This document shows, in pieces, positions 23,274 through 34,186 of a stretch of 64,000 bases of DNA. The DNA is from Azolla caroliniana. Lineage: Eukaryota; Plantae; Polypodiophyta. The number at the start of each line of letters is the position of its first letter. Position 1 is the stretch's first letter. The notes under the pieces are model-generated. The model was given only the letters and a program-made list of their open reading frames with translations, had not been told where the DNA came from and did no database searches. The position numbers and the translations under genes were made by a program. The stretch spans positions 2,480,001 to 2,544,000 of the forward strand of contig JBHGNT010000013.1 in assembly GCA_043228905.1 (NCBI GenBank), read 5' to 3'.

Positions 23274-24542
23274 GAGGATTCGCCTCCAAGGCTATCTCGG
23301 TTCCTTTCATGATTAGCTCGAACCGTCAGGAATTGAACGGATCTTTTACTATCAAGACTCTTGACGCGCGCGAAGGCTGCTCCATTATCGAACACCTTGG
23401 TCTCCATCCGGGACGATGTTATATATGGTTGTCCTAGGATGACGGGATGTGAAGCCGAGTCTTGCACGAAGAAGTGTTGATGAATCTCTACATCCTCGAT
23501 CGTGACTTTAACGTTGGGGCAAGCTCCGTACAAGTCCTCCGTAGCCTTCGTCGCCGCTCGAATCTTCCATCCGTGGTTTGTATTAATCGGCCATCTTCCT
23601 TTCTTATAGAACTCGGTCGACATGAGGTTGATCTTAGAGCCATGGTCAATCAAAGCGACCACGGTGTCGGGTTTGCTACGCCCTTGCGTGCTGAAAGGAG
23701 GAGGGACCACGGGGGTCTCGGACCGAAGAGCAAGAGAGAGAGAAGTAAGAGAGATAGACCCGATTACACAGAACCGAAGATTGCACCGGGACACGGCCCA
23801 ACAAACAGAGATCACAAATAAACGCCGACGCAGATGGACGCAACAACGAAAGATATGTACTTCTGGATGCAAGAAAATAACAGACTACAGTATTACAACC
23901 CACGGTGGGGCACGAAATAGATACTAACGAAAACGAACAGGGCGGCGAACAGATGCCGACCCCTGTATGTCGCGACGCACAGAAAGGGGAAAACAGGTCG
24001 GAGGTGCTGCAGGACGCACTCGGGCGTTCCACGGAACAGCACAAGCCTCCTCGAACCTGCACAGGTACGCGATGGAGCAGAAGACAGAGAAAGCGGGAGT
24101 GAGAGAGAAGCCCCGGAATCGGTTCGGCAGCACTTCGTCCTCTCCGTCCGAGATTCCTGCAACAGCTCTTCCCTGCTCCTTATATCGGCCGTTGAGCAGG
24201 CCTTCCTGTCAGCTTTATTCCCTGTCCCCTTTGTCAGGGATCCCCTCCGTTCTGCACGCATCCGGGTAGTTACGCCGCCGACTCGTACAGTTCGCGCGCG
24301 TGACCGAAAAGACTGTTCGCGCGGTCTTTGTCTTCACTCGTGTTAGGGCCCGTTCCTGCCGGTTATCCTCCTAATTCGATTCTATGTACAACTTGGAGCG
24401 TGCGCGTGTGAAGAACCGGTTCCTACGCCCCGGTGCGCCGATTCCGCTTAGGGACGGTTTTCTTCACGACATCCGCCCCCACCTAACCGCGCATCCTCCG
24501 GTATGCGCCAAGAGAGTTGGGACGGAGAAAACCGGCCCGTCT

Positions 24543-27500
24543 TCATTCCTCGCTCGTCGGTTCCTCCTCGTTTTCGGATCGTTCGTCACTGCCGACCAGG
24601 AGAGCCGGGTCGGGCTCGTCGTCGTGTCGCTTCTTGAACGCTTTGATCCGCTTCCCTGCAACCGGTATCGCCATTCTCGTGCCGTCGAGTTCCGCCAGGT
24701 GATATGTCCCGTTGCCATTGGCGCTCCGCACCGCGTAAGGCCCAAACCACCTTCGTGCGAACTTCCGTGTGGCTCGGTGCTGGTTGTCGAGGCTGCTGTC
24801 GTAGACGAGCACCCAGTCACCTTCTTCGATTTTCTTCGGTCGGAGCCGGTGCGTTCGGTCGAACCTGGCTTTGTTCTTTGCCCTCGCCACCCGGAGCCTC
24901 TCCGTAGCCAGTTCCACGTCCTCCGGTCTCCGCTCGAGTTGTCGTATACGCGCGGCCAACAACTCCTCCCGGCTCATCTCGTCCCTCCAATCGACCGTTG
25001 CCCATGAGGGGATCGTCCGTTCCATTGGCATGATAGGCTTCTGGCCGAACATGAGCTCCGTCGGCATGTACCCGGTTACCGAACTGTGCGTGGTCCGGTC
25101 TGCCCACAAAGCATAAGGTAGCAGCCGCGGCCAGTTACCGACTTGGCCTCCGCATGCCCGAACCAACGCCTTGACGATCGGCCCGTGTCCGCGCTCCACC
25201 TTCCCATTCGCCTCCGGATTGTACGCAGTGGTGAGCGAGAGCTTAACTCCGAGCCGGTCGAACAGCTCCGCGGCTTCTTCGGTGTCCAACTCCCCTCGAT
25301 CAGCCACGATCTTCCCGACGCACCCGTACCGGCATATCACGTCCTCGATTAGGAACCGGCATACGGCCGTGGTCGTTTTGTTCGGAAGGGCCCGGCCTTC
25401 CACCTGGTTCGTCAGATCCTCCCGCGCTAGGACCAGGTACCGCATCTGTCCTACCCCCATTGGCATCGTCACCAGATCTACCATCCATTTGAAGTGGATG
25501 GTCGGAGGGTACGTGGGGTGAAGCTCGTCCCGATGTCGGACTATGGAGTGCGTCTGGCAGCTCTCGCAAGTTGTCACGAACCGATGCACGTCCCGGTACT
25601 GCCCCGGCCACCAATACTTCCCCTTCAGTTTCTCAAACGTAGCCCATGTCCCACGGTGTCCAGCCCAAGGGCTGTCGTGGTAGGCCGTCAGCAGCTCCTC
25701 CTGTTCTTCTTTCATCGCCACCACCCGGAGCGGAGCGCCGTCCCTCTTCTTCGGGTGCTTCCACAAATGCCCATCTCGGAGAAAGAATCGATATGCTTTC
25801 TTCCGGATCCGGTTGGCCTCGTCCTTCGTCCATGACGCATCGGGCGTCATTGTCTTCAAAAACCCGCCGATCTGCAGCCACTCCCCGTCGTACTTGCTCG
25901 CGTCGAACTCGTTAAGCGCCGGAGTGCTCATCCCGTCGGTCGTTACATATGCTGCCTCGAAGAAATCCACGCCGACTTCTTCGTCTTCCGAAACCATGCC
26001 GCCCTCGTCGTCGAACCTCGCCCTCGAAAGCATGTCGGCCATGGCGTTGTCTTTCCCGGAAATGTGTCGTATTTCCGGGTCCAGGGACTTGATGTACGCT
26101 ATCCACCTGAGCATCGTCAGGTCCGGAGTCGCGCATCCGGAAACCATACCGAGAATCGGCAGGCAATCCGTCTCGATGATCACTTCTGTCCCTATCAGGT
26201 AGTCTTTGTCGGCCTTAACCGCCGAAACAATACCCCAGAGTTCGCGTTTAACCTGGGCGTATCCTCGCTGCCGTTCACTGAGGACTTTCGCGCCGAATCG
26301 GATCGGGAACCGATCGCCGTTCTCGTCTTCCTGGTTCACGACCCATCCGATCCCGGTCGGACTGGTATCCACCGTTATGAATACCGGGGTACCCTTCCCG
26401 TATACCGCCTTCCGGAGTGCCGGTGCCGCTGCAAGGGCCTCTTTCAGCTTCCGGACCGATTCCGCGTGCTCGTCCAGCCATTCGAACCTTCGCCCCTTTT
26501 TCAGCAACCCGTACAGTGGCTCCGCGACGTGTGCGTAATGCGGGATCCATATGTGGTAGAACGCGCATGCCCCCAGGAATCTCCGTACTTCCGTGACCGA
26601 GCTGCAGTCGGGCTTCATCGCGGAGATGGCTTCTACCTTTGCCGGAGACGGTTTCCGGCCATATGGCCCGCACAGGTGTCCGACCACCATGATTTCTGAC
26701 TGCCCGAAGGCCGACTTCTCCCCGGAGAAGGTGAGTCTCGCATCCTCTAGCCTTTGCAGCACCTTCTCGCAGTCGTCGATGTGCGTCGCCACGAATCGCC
26801 GGCATCCGTCCGGCCCGATCGTCTCGTCCCTTTCTTCCACCGGGCATCCCTTGATCGGGATGTCGTCCAGAAACGGCATGGTGATGTCCGGGATACAGTC
26901 CCTCAGAACCTTGTTCATCGCATTCACCATGTGGGCCACCGAGTTGGTCCCTCCTTGCGGCAGTGTACACATCCGAACTAGGCCGAGGGGAGTTCGCATC
27001 GTCGTAATGTCTCTGCTCTCCACGGCTAGCTGGAACTGGTCGTACCCTGAGTATAGATCCCCGACCGAGTAAATTGACCTTCCGGCGAAGGCCTCCGCGA
27101 ACTCGTCTATGGTCGGTCCGATCCCTGCGTTCCGAATGGTCACTCGATTGACCGGCTGCAGGTCCTGGATGAAGCGCAACGAACCGTTTTTCTTCGGTAC
27201 GGTAAACCATCGATTCGAATATGGGGCGCTCGACGGCTCGAGAATTCCCATATCAACTTTCTGCCTCAGCAGCTCCATCAACTTCGGGATGTGAGCTCTC
27301 GGAACCGGGATTGGCTTGAGATTCCATGGTACATGCGGTACCGTGAATATCACCATCGGCTCCACGATCGTCGGGTCAACGCACCCGATTTCCTCCGGCG
27401 AGAATGCGAAGGCTTTCCCGTGCCTTCCGAGCATTCTCCGAAACCGGTCTTCCTCCGCCGGCAGTAGGAACCCGCCCCCACCGATTTTGAGCTCTCGGAG

Positions 27501-28040
27501 CGTCTCGTCGGTGAAGGTGTGTCCTATGCAGGCCGGATCTCGTAGACTAGGGTCCGATGCAACCCCTTTGATTCTCGACGCGCTGTCCTCCGGTAGGGGT
27601 GCCGCGACTGGCCTTACCTTCCGGTCCACAGTCTTGTACTTGGTGCTTACGTGGGCCGTCCGAACTGACTCGAGCCCTCGACCGAAGTCCGCGATGACTC
27701 CGTACATCTCCTCGGAACACACCGGTATCGTCCGGTCTTCGTTAAGGCCTTCTTCGACTACCTTTCCCAGCATTCCCAAGGTGTCGTCGAATGAGACCGC
27801 CTCCACGGCTCCGTTGATTTCCTCGTCAGGGCCGAGAACTCCGCACGCTCGAAGTCTCCCCTCCGCCTTTGTCTTCTCTCGGCCGCCGATGCCGACTATC
27901 GTACACGCTCCGCTGTCGGAGAACAAAAATTCCCTACCTATGGTACAAGGTGTCTTTGGTTTTATCGTACAGGTGTGGGGTTTTCCCGGGGTGTCCGGAC
28001 TGTCGCGGCCCCACGCCTTGGCAGCCCTCTCTAAAAATCC
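24543..28040 (-). CDS. pol: Element B pol (RT-RNase H-integrase), open in the -1 frame from the slippery site
   Basis: The 1127-aa ORF extends without stops up to 28040 (GFLERAAKAWGRDSPD...); DLYSGYDQF, FLDD, HHCC and DDE motifs; no chromodomain. Confidence 0.95.
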   Translation of the reverse strand, partial: GFLERAAKAWGRDSPDTPGKPHTCTIKPKTPCTIGREFLFSDSGACTIVGIGGREKTKAEGRLRACGVLGPDEEINGAVEAVSFDDTLGMLGKVVEEGLNEDRTIPVCSEEMYGVIADFGRGLESVRTAHVSTKYKTVDRKVRPVAAPLPEDSASRIKGVASDPSLRDPACIGHTFTDETLRELKIGGGGFLLPAEEDRFRRMLGRHGKAFAFSPEEIGCVDPTIVEPMVIFTVPHVPWNLKPIPVPRAHIPKLMELLRQKVDMGILEPSSAPYSNRWFTVPKKNGSLRFIQDLQPVNRVTIRNAGIGPTIDEFAEAFAGRSIYSVGDLYSGYDQFQLAVESRDITTMRTPLGLVRMCTLPQGGTNSVAHMVNAMNKVLRDCIPDITMPFLDDIPIKGCPVEERDETIGPDGCRRFVATHIDDCEKVLQRLEDARLTFSGEKSAFGQSEIMVVGHLCGPYGRKPSPAKVEAISAMKPDCSSVTEVRRFLGACAFYHIWIPHYAHVAEPLYGLLKKGRRFEWLDEHAESVRKLKEALAAAPALRKAVYGKGTPVFITVDTSPTGIGWVVNQEDENGDRFPIRFGAKVLSERQRGYAQVKRELWGIVSAVKADKDYLIGTEVIIETDCLPILGMVSGCATPDLTMLRWIAYIKSLDPEIRHISGKDNAMADMLSRARFDDEGGMVSEDEEVGVDFFEAAYVTTDGMSTPALNEFDASKYDGEWLQIGGFLKTMTPDASWTKDEANRIRKKAYRFFLRDGHLWKHPKKRDGAPLRVVAMKEEQEELLTAYHDSPWAGHRGTWATFEKLKGKYWWPGQYRDVHRFVTTCESCQTHSIVRHRDELHPTYPPTIHFKWMVDLVTMPMGVGQMRYLVLAREDLTNQVEGRALPNKTTTAVCRFLIEDVICRYGCVGKIVADRGELDTEEAAELFDRLGVKLSLTTAYNPEANGKVERGHGPIVKALVRACGGQVGNWPRLLPYALWADRTTHSSVTGYMPTELMFGQKPIMPMERTIPSWATVDWRDEMSREELLAARIRQLERRPEDVELATERLRVARAKNKARFDRTHRLRPKKIEEGDWVLVYDSSLDNQHRATRKFARRWFGPYAVRSANGNGTYHLAELDGTRMAIPVAGKRIKAFKKRHDDEPDPALLVGSDERSENEEEPTSEE
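27973..28040 (-). promoter_or_regulatory. Predicted -1 ribosomal frameshift signal (G GAU UUU plus pseudoknot)
   Basis: Heptamer directly before the gag stop; 6-nt spacer; stem GGGCUG/CAGUCC; loop GUGGGG pairs with downstream CCCCAC. Conserved at 23210-23273, 46118-46183 and 62281-62355. Confidence 0.85.
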
Positions 28041-30157
28041 TCTCGGTTATCGGAACCGAGGGAGTCGCGGTTACGCTCGTGGTTCGGCCTAACCGTCAAA
28101 AACTGGACCGAATGGCGCCCGTCCTGGCTCTTGACCCGCGCATAGGCCGAACCATTGTCCAGCACCTTGGTCTCCATTCGCGCCGCCGTGATGTACGGCT
28201 CTCCCAGAATGACCGGATGCGAAGACGTCTCCTGCACGAAGAAGTGCTGGTCAATCTCAACGTCGCCGATCTTGACTCGCACATTCGGACAGGCCCCGTG
28301 CAGTTCCTCGGTGGCGCGCGTTGCTGCCCTTATTTTCCACCCGTGCTTGGTGTTGATCGGCCATTTGCCCTTCTTATAGAAGTCCATGGACATCAAATTG
28401 ATCTCCGATCCGTGGTCCACCAAAGCTATCACCGGTTCCTGGACATCGCCGATCTTCACCGGGGTTTCCGTGGTCGCTCGGGCCCAGTGTGGTCTCGAAT
28501 AGTGGCTTTCCGCCCACTCGTCTCCCAGCGCCATGTCATCTAGGTGCGTCGTTCGCACTTCCACCGGTCTTTCCGGTTCTGTCTCCGTCGACAGCCTCTT
28601 CCGTTTCACCAAGTCCACGATGGAGTCGTGGAACTCTTTCTTGGCGATTCCCAGCACCTCTCGTAACGACAGCTCCACCTTGCTGTCGAGGATCCGTTCC
28701 TCCAGGACCTTTCGTAAGTCTGTGGTCCTTTCTATCTGCGTCCCCAGACGGTACCCGCCCTTCTGGGGTTTATCTTGCGTACCGGCCCCGCCGGCTTCGT
28801 CCCGTCGTGGCCCGGACCGGGTCTCGTATCGTTGTGAGGGCCCGGTCGTCCCGGGTCTCCCCACCCGCTTCTCTTCTACCAGGGCCTCGTAGTTCTGGCA
28901 AGCGGCTTCCACGAAGCCCGTCCTTTCCTCGACCGGGTCGCTCCACCCGGTCATCTCCCGTACCCGTTTCTCCGCACGGTCCGATTCCTCCCCTTTAAGC
29001 CTTGCACCGGCAAGGCCTTCCAGCATCGTCGGCCAGAATCCGGCTTTGCTTTCCCTTCGGGCCTCGCCGCCCCCGACTCGAATGCCGGCCGACGCCGAGT
29101 AGTGAACGGTTTCCGCGTGTCGGGCCGCCGCCTCTTCCATCAACCTTTTCATACCACCTTTTCCGTCGTTACGGCTCAGGGCCCTTCGGGTGTCGCTGGC
29201 ATGCACCCGTCCTTCCCACAGGTACACCACCCTGTTCCTCAGCGCCTCCGCGAAGTCGCCGCAGTCCTTCCGAATGTGGCCGACTTCATCGCACCACATG
29301 CACCTGTTTCCTGCCGCCGGCCGTCGGTCACGAGCCGGTTCGCCTCCTTCCCTTCGGGCCTGCGCGATTTGGAGGTCCTTTATCGCCTTCGTCAATTCCT
29401 CCAGCGCCGCTCCTCCGGTTGAGCCTCTGACTACGCCGGTCGAAGCCGAACCGGTTTCCAACCACTCTCCGGTCTCTTCCTTTCGCACCCGTGGCGCTGG
29501 TTCGAACTTCCTTGCTGCGACCGAGCCCGACCCGGTTGCACCGTTATCCGCCCATTCTCGCCGTTTGTCGAAACGGCCACAGACCTTCCTGACAGCCGCC
29601 CAGTCCGTAGTGAGCCCGTCTTCGGTTTCCAGCAAGAGGCCCACGTGCTCCCGATCCCGTTCGTCGACCGACTTGACAAACAGCAAGACCCGGCTCGTGT
29701 CCAGGATGGTTCGGTCGAGCGCCGAAAGGCGCGCAAAGTTTTCCTCGAACTCCCGGAGGAGCGCCGACGCGTTTCTTCCCTTCCCCGGGGACTCCACCCA
29801 TTCCATGAACCTTCGCTTCGAAAGCCGGAGCGCGTCGTCCAGCCCGTATTTCTCTAGGAGCCGACCTTCGAACTCCTCCCAGGTACGGCTCTCCGTCCGC
29901 ACCTCGAGCACCTCCGCATGGATGCTCGGCATCGCCACTCGGGGAAATCCGGCAAGACGCCTTTCTTCCGGAATGTCCCGCATCAGCATCTCTGCACCGT
30001 AGGACGCCAAATACTTCGTGGCATCCTTCCCATCGAACCGGCCGATCGTGCCGACGACCGCCTCAATAGCTCTGTCGAGGGCACCGGTGCTCTCGCGCGC
30101 GTTTACAATCCGATCCACGGCCGAAGCCATGGCCTCTGCGAGATCCGACCCCCTCAT
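28031..30157 (-). CDS. gag: Element B Gag-protease
   Basis: Open frame from ATG 30157 (MRGSDLAEAM); knuckle CMWCDEVGHIRKDC; protease ALVDHGSEINL...VILGEPY. Confidence 0.93.
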   Translation of the reverse strand: MRGSDLAEAMASAVDRIVNARESTGALDRAIEAVVGTIGRFDGKDATKYLASYGAEMLMRDIPEERRLAGFPRVAMPSIHAEVLEVRTESRTWEEFEGRLLEKYGLDDALRLSKRRFMEWVESPGKGRNASALLREFEENFARLSALDRTILDTSRVLLFVKSVDERDREHVGLLLETEDGLTTDWAAVRKVCGRFDKRREWADNGATGSGSVAARKFEPAPRVRKEETGEWLETGSASTGVVRGSTGGAALEELTKAIKDLQIAQARREGGEPARDRRPAAGNRCMWCDEVGHIRKDCGDFAEALRNRVVYLWEGRVHASDTRRALSRNDGKGGMKRLMEEAAARHAETVHYSASAGIRVGGGEARRESKAGFWPTMLEGLAGARLKGEESDRAEKRVREMTGWSDPVEERTGFVEAACQNYEALVEEKRVGRPGTTGPSQRYETRSGPRRDEAGGAGTQDKPQKGGYRLGTQIERTTDLRKVLEERILDSKVELSLREVLGIAKKEFHDSIVDLVKRKRLSTETEPERPVEVRTTHLDDMALGDEWAESHYSRPHWARATTETPVKIGDVQEPVIALVDHGSEINLMSMDFYKKGKWPINTKHGWKIRAATRATEELHGACPNVRVKIGDVEIDQHFFVQETSSHPVILGEPYITAARMETKVLDNGSAYARVKSQDGRHSVQFLTVRPNHERNRDSLGSDNREDF

Positions 30158-30179
30158 CTTCTGCTCTTCTGCCGCCTCT

Positions 30180-30197
30180 TTCACGTCGGGTTCACCA
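30180..30197 (-). other. Primer-binding site complementary to the tRNA-Trp 3' end
   Basis: TGGTGAACCCGACGTGAA is the complement of the plant cytosolic tRNA-Trp end ...UUCACGUCGGGUUCACCA (recalled sequence). The same PBS occurs at 32840-32823, 38582-38599 and 60123-60140 (one mismatch). Confidence 0.9.
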
Positions 30198-33100
30198 AGA
30201 TGTCGGGTTTGCTACGCCCTTGCGTGCTGAAAGGAGGAGGGACCACGGGAGTCTCGGACCGAAGAGCAAGAGAGAGAGAAGTAAGAGAGATAGACCCGAT
30301 TACACAGAACCGAAGATTGCACCGGGACACGGCCCAACAAACAGAGATCACAAATAAACGCCGACGCAGATGGACGCAACAACGAAAGATATGTACTTCT
30401 GGATGCAAGAAAATAACAGACTACAGTATTACAACCCACGGTGGGGCACGAAATAGATACTAACGAAAACGAACAGGGCGGCGAACAGATGCCGACCCCT
30501 GTATGTCGCGACGCACAGAAAGGGGAAAACAGGTCGGAGGTGCTGCAGGACGCACTCGGGCGTTCCACGGAACAGCACAAGCCTCCTCGAACCTGCACAG
30601 GTACGCGATGGAGCAGAAGACAGAGAAAGCGGGAGTGAGAGAGAAGCCCCGGAATCGGTTCGGCAGCACTTCGTCCTCTCCGTCCGAGATTCCTGCAACA
30701 GCTCTTCCCTGCTCCTTATATCGGCCGTTGAGCAGGCCTTCCTGTCAGCTTTATTCCCTGTCCCCTTTGTCAGGGATCCCCTCCGTTCTGCACGCATCCG
30801 GGTAGTTACGCCGCCGACTCGTACAGTTCGCGCGCGTGACCGAAAAGACTGTTCGCGCGGTCTTTGTCTTCACTCGTGTTAGGGCCCGTTCCTGCCGGTT
30901 ATCCTCCTAATTCGATTCTATGTACAACTTGGAGCGTGCGCGTGTGAAGAACCGGTTCCTACGCCCCGGTGCGCCGATTCCGCTTAGGGACGGTTTTCTT
31001 CACGACAACGGTCTCTTTCTTCTCCCCGATCTTCACCGGTGTCTCTGTTGTCGCTCTTGCCCAATGAGGCCGCGAGTAATGGCTATCCGCCACCACTTCT
31101 TCTTCTTCCTCCTCTTCCGATCTTGCCATGGTTATGGCACTTGTTTTGACCTCCTCTTCATCAGATTGTTGTCGCTTCCTCTTAATAAGGTCCACGATAG
31201 TATCATGGAACTCCTTCTTCGCGATCCCAAGTAGCTCTCTCAAGGTAAGGTCGACATGACTATCTAAAACCTTCTCCTCAAGGACCTTCCGCAAGTTAGT
31301 TGTTTGTTCTATGTCCGACCTTAGCTTGTAAGTCGGTGCCGCTCGTTCTTTTCCTTTCTTCGTTGATTCTTCGACTTCCATCCGAGCAGGTTGGCTCGAT
31401 CCACCGGGCTTCATGTTTGTTTCACCAATCTCTTTTCTTGGGATAGGTTGGGGTGGCCCTTCTTTCCCTCCGTTCCTCGTGTTAGGTCGCTTTGATGTGC
31501 CATCTTCTTCACCAGTTCTCTTCCTCTTCTCTTCGACAAGGGCTTCATAGGTGTCACACACAACCTCCGCAAAGCTTGTGTTTTCATCGATTGGATCTGA
31601 CCATCCAGTTGCTCGTCGCACGTTTCAGTCAGCAAGTTTTAGATCCTCCGAATTGATTTTGCCTTTTTCTTCGCACTCGAAGACCGTTGGCCAAAACCCA
31701 GCTCCTGGCTTGATCATTTTAAGATTCTCTTTTCCAACTCGTATCCCAGCCGAAGCGGCATAGTGCATAGCCTCCACATGCCTTGCATCTTCTTCTTCTA
31801 CAATCTTTTTCAGCCCACCTCTTCCGAAGTTCACTCGTAGTGGCTTCCGGGTCTCGCTTGAGTGAATCATGTTGTCGTCCAAATAGACGACATTCTTGCG
31901 GATTGCATCTTGCAAGTTAGCACATTCCCTTCGTGAGTGTTCAAAGCTATCACACCACACACATCTATACGCTTCTTTTCCCTTGGGCCCGCGTCGACCT
32001 AAGTTGGCTAGCGATACCGCTTCAAACTTCTTGGAGAGCTCTTCGATTATAGACTCCTCCATTGCTTTCTTGTCGAAATTGTTGATCGGCTTACCAGGCT
32101 CAATCGTCGTAGGTGCCTTCTTCCACAATTGTGGATTCTCGACCTCAGCTTCCTCTTGCCATTGTCGCCGCTTATCAAAACGGCTACAAGCCTTCTTCAC
32201 CGCCGCCCAGTCCGCTACCAAACCATTTGGTTGTGTTTCATCCTCCAAGAAACTACCCAATTCTCGCCGATCTTTCGCATCCATTGCCTTTAGGAATAGC
32301 AAGACTTTATCTCCGTCGAGAACTCGTTGCTCGACACTCGGAAGTCGATGGTACTTCTGGTCGAATTCAGCATAAATTCCCGATGCACACAAATTCTTCC
32401 CTTTCTTCTCGATCCAATTCATTAACGCATGCCGAGTCATCCGCGATGCGTCTTCAAGCATGTATTCAGTGAGAAGAGCCCTTTCGAACTCCGCCCAAGT
32501 TGCATGCTCGTTTTGGATCTCCATCACGCGCTCACGGATCCCGGGTTCTACCACTCGCTTAAAGCTTGAAATTTGTTTTGGATCATGGACATCTCTTTGT
32601 TGCATCTCATTCCGGTAGGTAGCAAGGAAATTTGTGATGTTCTTCCCACCAAATCTTCCAACTGTCTCCACAGTTCGGTCAACAGCTTTGTCGACTAAAG
32701 CCTCCCGATCTCTCTCTTTCAGCATGAATTCGACGACGGACACCATGCCTTTCGTCAATTCTTCTCCTTGAGTTCCACTTGTCGAAGCCATCTTTGTACT
32801 TGATATCCTCCTACTGCCTCGCTTCACGTCGGGTTCACCAAAGATGTCGCGAAAATACGACGAGGATACGCGAACTTGAGGCAGGACCCCGGGGCCTTCG
32901 ACCAGAGGATAATCACATTCGTGCGTTTATATTTTTAACAAATAACAGAAAGAAGAAATTTAATAATTTTCATTAACAAAGGAAAAAGAAATTACAATAT
33001 GTCCCAAGATTGGGATTTAGTAGTTTTAGATTTACTAAGAATAATAGAAAAGAAAAATTAGGGGTTTTGGTAGATATGGCTTCCGTAGGGAAAATTAGGA

Positions 33101-33509
33101 TTAGGTTATATGAGTATTATGGCTTCCGTAGGGAAGATTAGGGTTTTTGAGTGTTATGGCTTCCGTAGGGAATTTTAGGGTTTTTGAGAGATATGGCTTC
33201 CCTCAGATAAGGGAGTTGAGAAGAAAAAAAATTATAATATGGAGAGTCTATCCTAGTGTAGGAAAACAAATGGAATAAAAATGGAGTTCTCCCTTGATCA
33301 TAACTTTTTCACTTTTTGTTGCATGGCCTCTACTTTTAGTTGCCTAGCTTTTTCTTTTGGTTGCATGTGACTGTCCACATGACCTTTACTTTTTCCATGC
33401 ACTCCCTTCTTTAGTTGCTTGCATCCACATGGCCTTTACTTTAGTTCTCTTCAGTTTACTTTAGTTTGTTGCATGATCCAATCTTTCATCCGTCCGCGTC
33501 CAACATCGT

Positions 33510-34186
33510 CCGGTAGCCGATTCCATTTTGCTTGCCGGTCGGTTCCGGTTCCGATTTTGCTTGCCGGCCGGTTCCGGTTCCGGTTTCGATTTTGCTTGCC
33601 GGCCGGTTCCAGTTCCGGTTTTGCTTGCCGTCCGGTACCGGTTTGCTTGCCGGTTCCGGTTCCGGTTCCAGTTTTGCTTACCGGCCAGTTTCCGGCTTTG
33701 CTTGCCGACCGGTTTCCGGTTTGCATACCCGTTCCAGTTCCGGTTTGCTTGCCGGCTGGTTCCGGTTTTCCATACCAGCCGGTTTCCGGATTGCATACCG
33801 GCCCGTTTCCGAATTGCTTGCCGGTTCCGGTTCCGGTTTCGATTTTGCTTGCCGGCTCCGATTCCGGTTTCGATTTTGCTTGCCGGCCGGTTCCAGTTCC
33901 GGTTTTGCTTGCCGGCTCCGGTTCCGGTTTCGATTTTTCTTGCCGGCCGGTTCCAGTTCCGGTTTTGCTTGCCGGCCGGTACCGGTTTGCTTGCCGGTTC
34001 CGGTTCCGGTTTTGCTTACTGGCCGGTTTCCAGCTTTGCTTGCCGACCGGTTTCCGGTTTGCATACCCCTTCCAATTCCGGTTTGCTTGCCGGCCGGTTC
34101 CGGTCTTCGGATTGCATACCGGCCCGTTTCCGGATTTGCTTACCGGGCCCGTTTCCAGATTTGCTTACCGGCCGGTTTCCGGTTTT
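33510..34186. repeat. CCGG-rich minisatellite in the 5' LTR of element A
   Basis: About 675 bp, longer than the 3' LTR copy. Confidence 0.92.

Larger units (their letters stand above)
23665..31007 (-). mobile_element. Trp-primed Gypsy element B, intact and very young
   Basis: 807-bp LTRs 23665-24471 and 30201-31007 (one substitution seen by eye); TSD ACGG at 23661-23664 and 31008-31011; PPT aggtgggggcgga. Confidence 0.98.
23264..32791 (-). pseudogene. gag: gag-protease of element A, premature TGA at 31625 and split by element B
   Basis: CVWCDSFEHSRREC knuckle; KETVV|ALIDHGSKINL restored across the ACGG TSD. Confidence 0.9.

Noticed and set aside
24384-30463. Many antisense and alternative-frame ORFs over element B and Copia-1
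   Set aside because: Expected shadow ORFs of GC-rich coding sequence, with no recognisable motifs.
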